Assembly (NCBI GenBank): GCA_963796685.1
Contig: CAWCMR010000010.1
Location: 1-64,000 of the forward strand
Direction of reading: 5' to 3'
DNA from: an uncultured delta proteobacterium
GTDB lineage: Bacteria; Myxococcota_A; Polyangia; Fen-1088
Length of the DNA: 64,000 bases
The notes under the pieces are model-generated. The model searched no databases. It saw only the letters and a list, made by a program, of their open reading frames with translations, and had not been told where the DNA came from. Shown here piece after piece: positions 60,246-64,000 of this stretch (position 1 is the first letter of the stretch; the number at the start of each line of letters is the position of its first letter). The translations under genes were made by a program, and so were the position numbers.

Positions 60246-61358
60246 TCACCCCCCGGTCTTGTCGTCCCCGAGAAAGAGATTCTGGATCTCGCCGAGCAGG
60301 GCAATCACCTCGTCGGCGACCGTATCCAGGGCACCGGGCAAAAGCCCCACGCACTCGCGCACCTCGGGGCTGATGCGCGAGAGACGGTGCTCGCCGTTCG
60401 AGCCGAGATCGAGCGCTTGAACCAGGAGATCCGCCAGGTGAACGATCGCCGTGGCTGGCGTGTGGCCGCGCGATCCGGCCGAGTGGTGGTTGGCCGTGGC
60501 ATCGCGGTAGAAGGGTGGCAAGGTCCACGAGGTCATCAGCGCGGCGCCGACCGCTGCATGGTCGCAGCCGAACACCGCGCGCTCGGTCTCGTCGAGCGGC
60601 TTGTCGCTCTCGCGATGCCGCTCCAGTGCCAGTTGCGATCGCTCGGGTAGCAGTTGGTACATCGCCAGGCTGCCGATGTCGTGGAGCAGCCCGGCCACGA
60701 AGAAGCGCTCGACGTTGCTCTCGCGGCGCAGACGCGCGATGGAGCGCGCGGCCACGCTGCTGGCCAGGCTGTGCCGCCAGAACGATTTCATGCCCACCAG
60801 GTGCGAGTCGATGCCCTTGAATTGGGACAGGACCACCGTGGCCAAGACGAGATCGTGAAGCTGTCGCGTGCCGATGATGCGAACGGCATCTTCGATGCTC
60901 TCCACGCGGCGGGAGAATCCGTAAAAGGCGCTGTTGGCGATGCGGAGCAGGCGTGCGCACAGGGCCTGGTCGTAGCTCAAGATGGTGCCGATGCGGGACG
61001 TCGAGCTCGTGGGATGGTTGATGGCCTTGTCGACCTGGAAGTAGATGTTGGGCAGCGAGGCCAGGGTGCCCACGCGCGCGACGATGGTTTCCGGACTGAT
61101 GGGCGGTCCCAGCGGATTGCGCTGGGGAAGCGGCTTTGCTGTCTGCGCGGACACCGGCGTGGGCTGGGCCGTTCCGGTCCGGGGTGCGAGACGTCTCCCG
61201 ATGGCCACGAGCTCGCTGTGCGTGGGATTGGCAGGGTCTTCGGCGCCGAAGAAGCGTTGGAATTCGGTGGAGGAAGCCTGAGGGGTCTGGCTCTCCATCG
61301 CGGATCCAGATTCCCTGGCCGGTTCCGGCGCTGCCACCTGAAGACTGGATACAGACAT
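60246..61358 (-). CDS. HDOD domain protein
   Basis: LLRIANSAFYG, FWRHS, GLLHDIG, HH. Confidence 0.9.
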   Translation of the reverse strand: MSVSSLQVAAPEPARESGSAMESQTPQASSTEFQRFFGAEDPANPTHSELVAIGRRLAPRTGTAQPTPVSAQTAKPLPQRNPLGPPISPETIVARVGTLASLPNIYFQVDKAINHPTSSTSRIGTILSYDQALCARLLRIANSAFYGFSRRVESIEDAVRIIGTRQLHDLVLATVVLSQFKGIDSHLVGMKSFWRHSLASSVAARSIARLRRESNVERFFVAGLLHDIGSLAMYQLLPERSQLALERHRESDKPLDETERAVFGCDHAAVGAALMTSWTLPPFYRDATANHHSAGSRGHTPATAIVHLADLLVQALDLGSNGEHRLSRISPEVRECVGLLPGALDTVADEVIALLGEIQNLFLGDDKTGG

Positions 61359-61455
61359 GACGACTCCCCCACTCTCCTTATCGGTGGGACTGCCAAAAGC
61401 TTGACGCCGGCACGGACGGTGACACTTTCCACAGCCCTGCCTGTGGCGGTCGACT

Positions 61456-61815
61456 TCATTGGCGACAGGCGGACACGTCCCCGGTGCAGTCCGAGCAGGC
61501 GTATTCCTCGTTCATGCAGACGGCCACCGGGTTGGCCGAGACGGCGCCGCTCGGCTCGCAGCTGTAGGTGACCTTGCGGTCCACGCAGGCGCTCATGGCG
61601 TTCATCTGCGACAGGCAGTCCGGGTAGTCCACGCGATAGGCCACGCAGGCGGACTTGCAGCTGCTCGCAAAATCGGCTGAGGTCATGGAACAGCCGGCCC
61701 CGGCCTCCCTGTCGCAGTTGGATTGGCAGGTCCTCACGCTGCCCGGAGGGTCGGGCCCGCTGAAGCAGCTCGCGGACATGAACAAGAGGGCGGAGACCAG
61801 GAGTGTTATTCCCAC
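61456..61815 (-). CDS. small Cys-rich lipoprotein (start approximate)
   Basis: Hydrophobic segment plus SASC, followed by a Cys-rich helical domain. Confidence 0.65.
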   Translation of the reverse strand: MGITLLVSALLFMSASCFSGPDPPGSVRTCQSNCDREAGAGCSMTSADFASSCKSACVAYRVDYPDCLSQMNAMSACVDRKVTYSCEPSGAVSANPVAVCMNEEYACSDCTGDVSACRQ

Positions 61816-61880
61816 GACGTGTGGGTGGGCGCGGAAACCGGGGTCGAGCACGGCAGCTCGCACGGAGGCAGCCCCCGGCT

Positions 61881-62369
61881 TCAGCGTCGCGCCGGGATCG
61901 GAAGCACGATATTGCCGCATCTCACCCGGGTCGGCCGCTGGTCCTTGGGATAGGTATAGATCAACTGTCGCGTGCGTTCCTGCCCCGGCGCAATGGCTTC
62001 GGATCGGTCGGCGGCCTCGTTCACTTCCGCATTCACGTCCGCATGCCGATCGACCACCAGGGGTTGGCGAGCCTCGCCGTTCCACTCGAGAACGCACGTA
62101 TCGTACGAAAACGTCTGTTCCTCGCTGCTTTCGTTCTTGACGGTTACGAGCGCCCAAATGAGGGTTTCGTCCGTCCCGGCGGTCACGTTGACCCCCCCTT
62201 GCCCTATGTACTCGTCGGGACCCGACTTGACCTCGCCGAGAGTAATGGCCCAGCCGTCCGCATGCTTGGACACAGGGGTGTTCATCAGCAGGGCCGAGGA
62301 ACACGCAGAGAGCCCGCCAAGGCACATGCCGAGCAAAACCATCGTACCGACGAAACGCGTGGATTTCAT
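61881..62369 (-). CDS. lipoprotein (Ig-like, DUF4352-like)
   Basis: GGAGG RBS; LSAC lipobox. Confidence 0.75.
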   Translation of the reverse strand: MKSTRFVGTMVLLGMCLGGLSACSSALLMNTPVSKHADGWAITLGEVKSGPDEYIGQGGVNVTAGTDETLIWALVTVKNESSEEQTFSYDTCVLEWNGEARQPLVVDRHADVNAEVNEAADRSEAIAPGQERTRQLIYTYPKDQRPTRVRCGNIVLPIPARR

Positions 62370-62851
62370 TTGTATTCCTCCTGGTTTCCGAAACGGCCGT
62401 TCACCTGAATCTTGTAGGCCAACGGTCGCTCAAAGACAAGCGGGAGGCGAGCATCCGCACAGAAAATTCCGAACGCCCTTCTTACATCGTCGCATCGCAT
62501 GCCGGCAAAACCGGGGTGGTGCTCAGTCGAATCCGTCCTTCGAGAAATAGAAGAAGCCTCGACCCCAGGGTCACGAGGTTCTCGTCCATCGCAATCAGTC
62601 TCGGTCGAATCCTTCCGCTCTCCAGCGCATCCAGGTACGCATCGACTTGCTGCCGCGGTAGCTTGTCCACCAGCTCACCGTGAAGGAAGAAGTAGTAGAA
62701 CGCATGCGGACGAAACACCCCCGTCCCTTCCCTCTACAGGAACGCACCCGGGCGCAAATAGTGCTCGCGGGACGAACGGATTTGCGTTCCAATAGACGTG
62801 TCCAGGAGGGGGGAGAGTGGCGAGGCGATTCTTTGCAAGGAGCAGCGAATA

Positions 62852-64000
62852 ATGAAGAACCTACGATTTGGTTTGGTGGGACTGCTTGGGACCGCGGGCT
62901 TGTTCCTCGTTGCATGCGATGCCGGCTCGGGCGGGGCGTCTGCTACGGGTGGAGCCATCGCCACCGGCGGGGTCGTCGGCACGGGCGGGCTGGTCGGCGG
63001 CGGCGGCACGACCGCAACCGGGGGCACGGGCACCGCGCCCTCGCCGAGGCCGATCGATTCCACGGAGGCCACGGCCGTCGTGAACCAACGGGTGGATGAG
63101 CTGCTCGTGGGCCTCGCCGACTCCACCGCACAGATCGACACCAGCAACAGCACCACCGTGGTGACACAGGGTGTAAACTCCGGTCTTGGCAGCTCCTCGG
63201 CCTGCCCCACGAGCGCCGATGGGAGCTCTTCGGGTACGGTCGACACCAAGGGGCTCGACGATTTCCTCAACCGAGTCGCCAAGGAAGCCAAGGACCACGT
63301 GTTTCGCGAGGAATTCGTGGAGCTCAAGGACGGCAACCAGGTCGTCTACAAGATCGATCCCGCTTCGACCTGCGGCACGAACACCTCGTGCACCGACAAG
63401 CTGACCGTCAATCCGGTGAGATTCCTGGTCACCGCGAGCTCCGACGATACGCTCAACATTTCGCTGCTCGTCGGCGACGCACGACACACCCCCGCCACCG
63501 CCGTGCTCGGCCCGGAGAAGGTCTCGGCTCGCGTCGATTTGGCCGAGGCCATGGCCGCGGTTCGGCTGTACATGACGGCGGAGGACCAGAAGAATCTCCC
63601 CGACCACCTCAACGGCGTCATCGATGCTGGGCTCGAGAAGCGTGCGGACTACGACTTCGCCATCTCGGCCTCCGTCATCGAGAAGTTCGATTTGCTGGTC
63701 GGGCAGGCCAAGGGCAAGCCCGTCGCGGTGACCGTGCTGCCGTCGACCCCCACCACGCTGCTCACCCTGAATTCCGTCACCAATACCGTCGGCTACTCGG
63801 CCAATCTCGGTGCGGTCGACGTTCAGGTATCCGGCGCCGCCGTCTGCGACGACACCTGCGGCACCAAGGAGCAAGCAGGAACCTTCTCGGGGCACCTGGG
63901 AGGATTCACCGGGCAATTCAGCACCAGAAAGGGTGCGACGGAGCTCACCTTCTCGGGCCTGGGGCTGGGGAACGACACCTCCCAGGTTGCCCTCAACGGC
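62852..64000 (+). CDS. lipoprotein with Gly/Thr linker, runs off the window end
   Basis: MKNLRFGLVGLLGTAGLFLVAC-DAGSGG..., hand-translated; absent from the ORF track because it has no stop in the window. Confidence 0.8.
   Translation, partial: MKNLRFGLVGLLGTAGLFLVACDAGSGGASATGGAIATGGVVGTGGLVGGGGTTATGGTGTAPSPRPIDSTEATAVVNQRVDELLVGLADSTAQIDTSNSTTVVTQGVNSGLGSSSACPTSADGSSSGTVDTKGLDDFLNRVAKEAKDHVFREEFVELKDGNQVVYKIDPASTCGTNTSCTDKLTVNPVRFLVTASSDDTLNISLLVGDARHTPATAVLGPEKVSARVDLAEAMAAVRLYMTAEDQKNLPDHLNGVIDAGLEKRADYDFAISASVIEKFDLLVGQAKGKPVAVTVLPSTPTTLLTLNSVTNTVGYSANLGAVDVQVSGAAVCDDTCGTKEQAGTFSGHLGGFTGQFSTRKGATELTFSGLGLGNDTSQVALNG

Noticed and set aside
62482-62718. Short protein-like ORF, possibly a C-terminal gene remnant
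   Set aside because: No motif can be assigned confidently without a search

Overview
High-GC window, probably myxobacterial or Deltaproteobacteria-like (inferred from gene content). Positions 1-15.7 kb are the distal part of an integron cassette array with about 15 complete and 3 partial or degenerate attC sites. No intI is present in the window. The array ends in 8 near-consecutive toxin-antitoxin modules. Three different mobile elements sit inside attC sites: an IS110/IS1111-type element, an ISAzo13 element and an RT-deleted group IIC intron. The most striking signal is the non-coding end of the IS110. It holds a donor-binding loop matching the predicted circle junction and two tandem 104-nt target-loop units with different attC-matching guides, which suggests a multi-guide bridge/seekRNA. 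The rest of the window has membrane proteases, a surface-polysaccharide locus (21.9-36.8 kb) and a DtxR/Feo plus ApbE-flavinylation metal-uptake region with porins, a phosphoesterase and a multicopper oxidase. It then has a sigma54-type kdp operon bracketed by a 44-bp direct repeat, followed by several lipoproteins. All calls come from reading the sequence by eye; no database searches were run.
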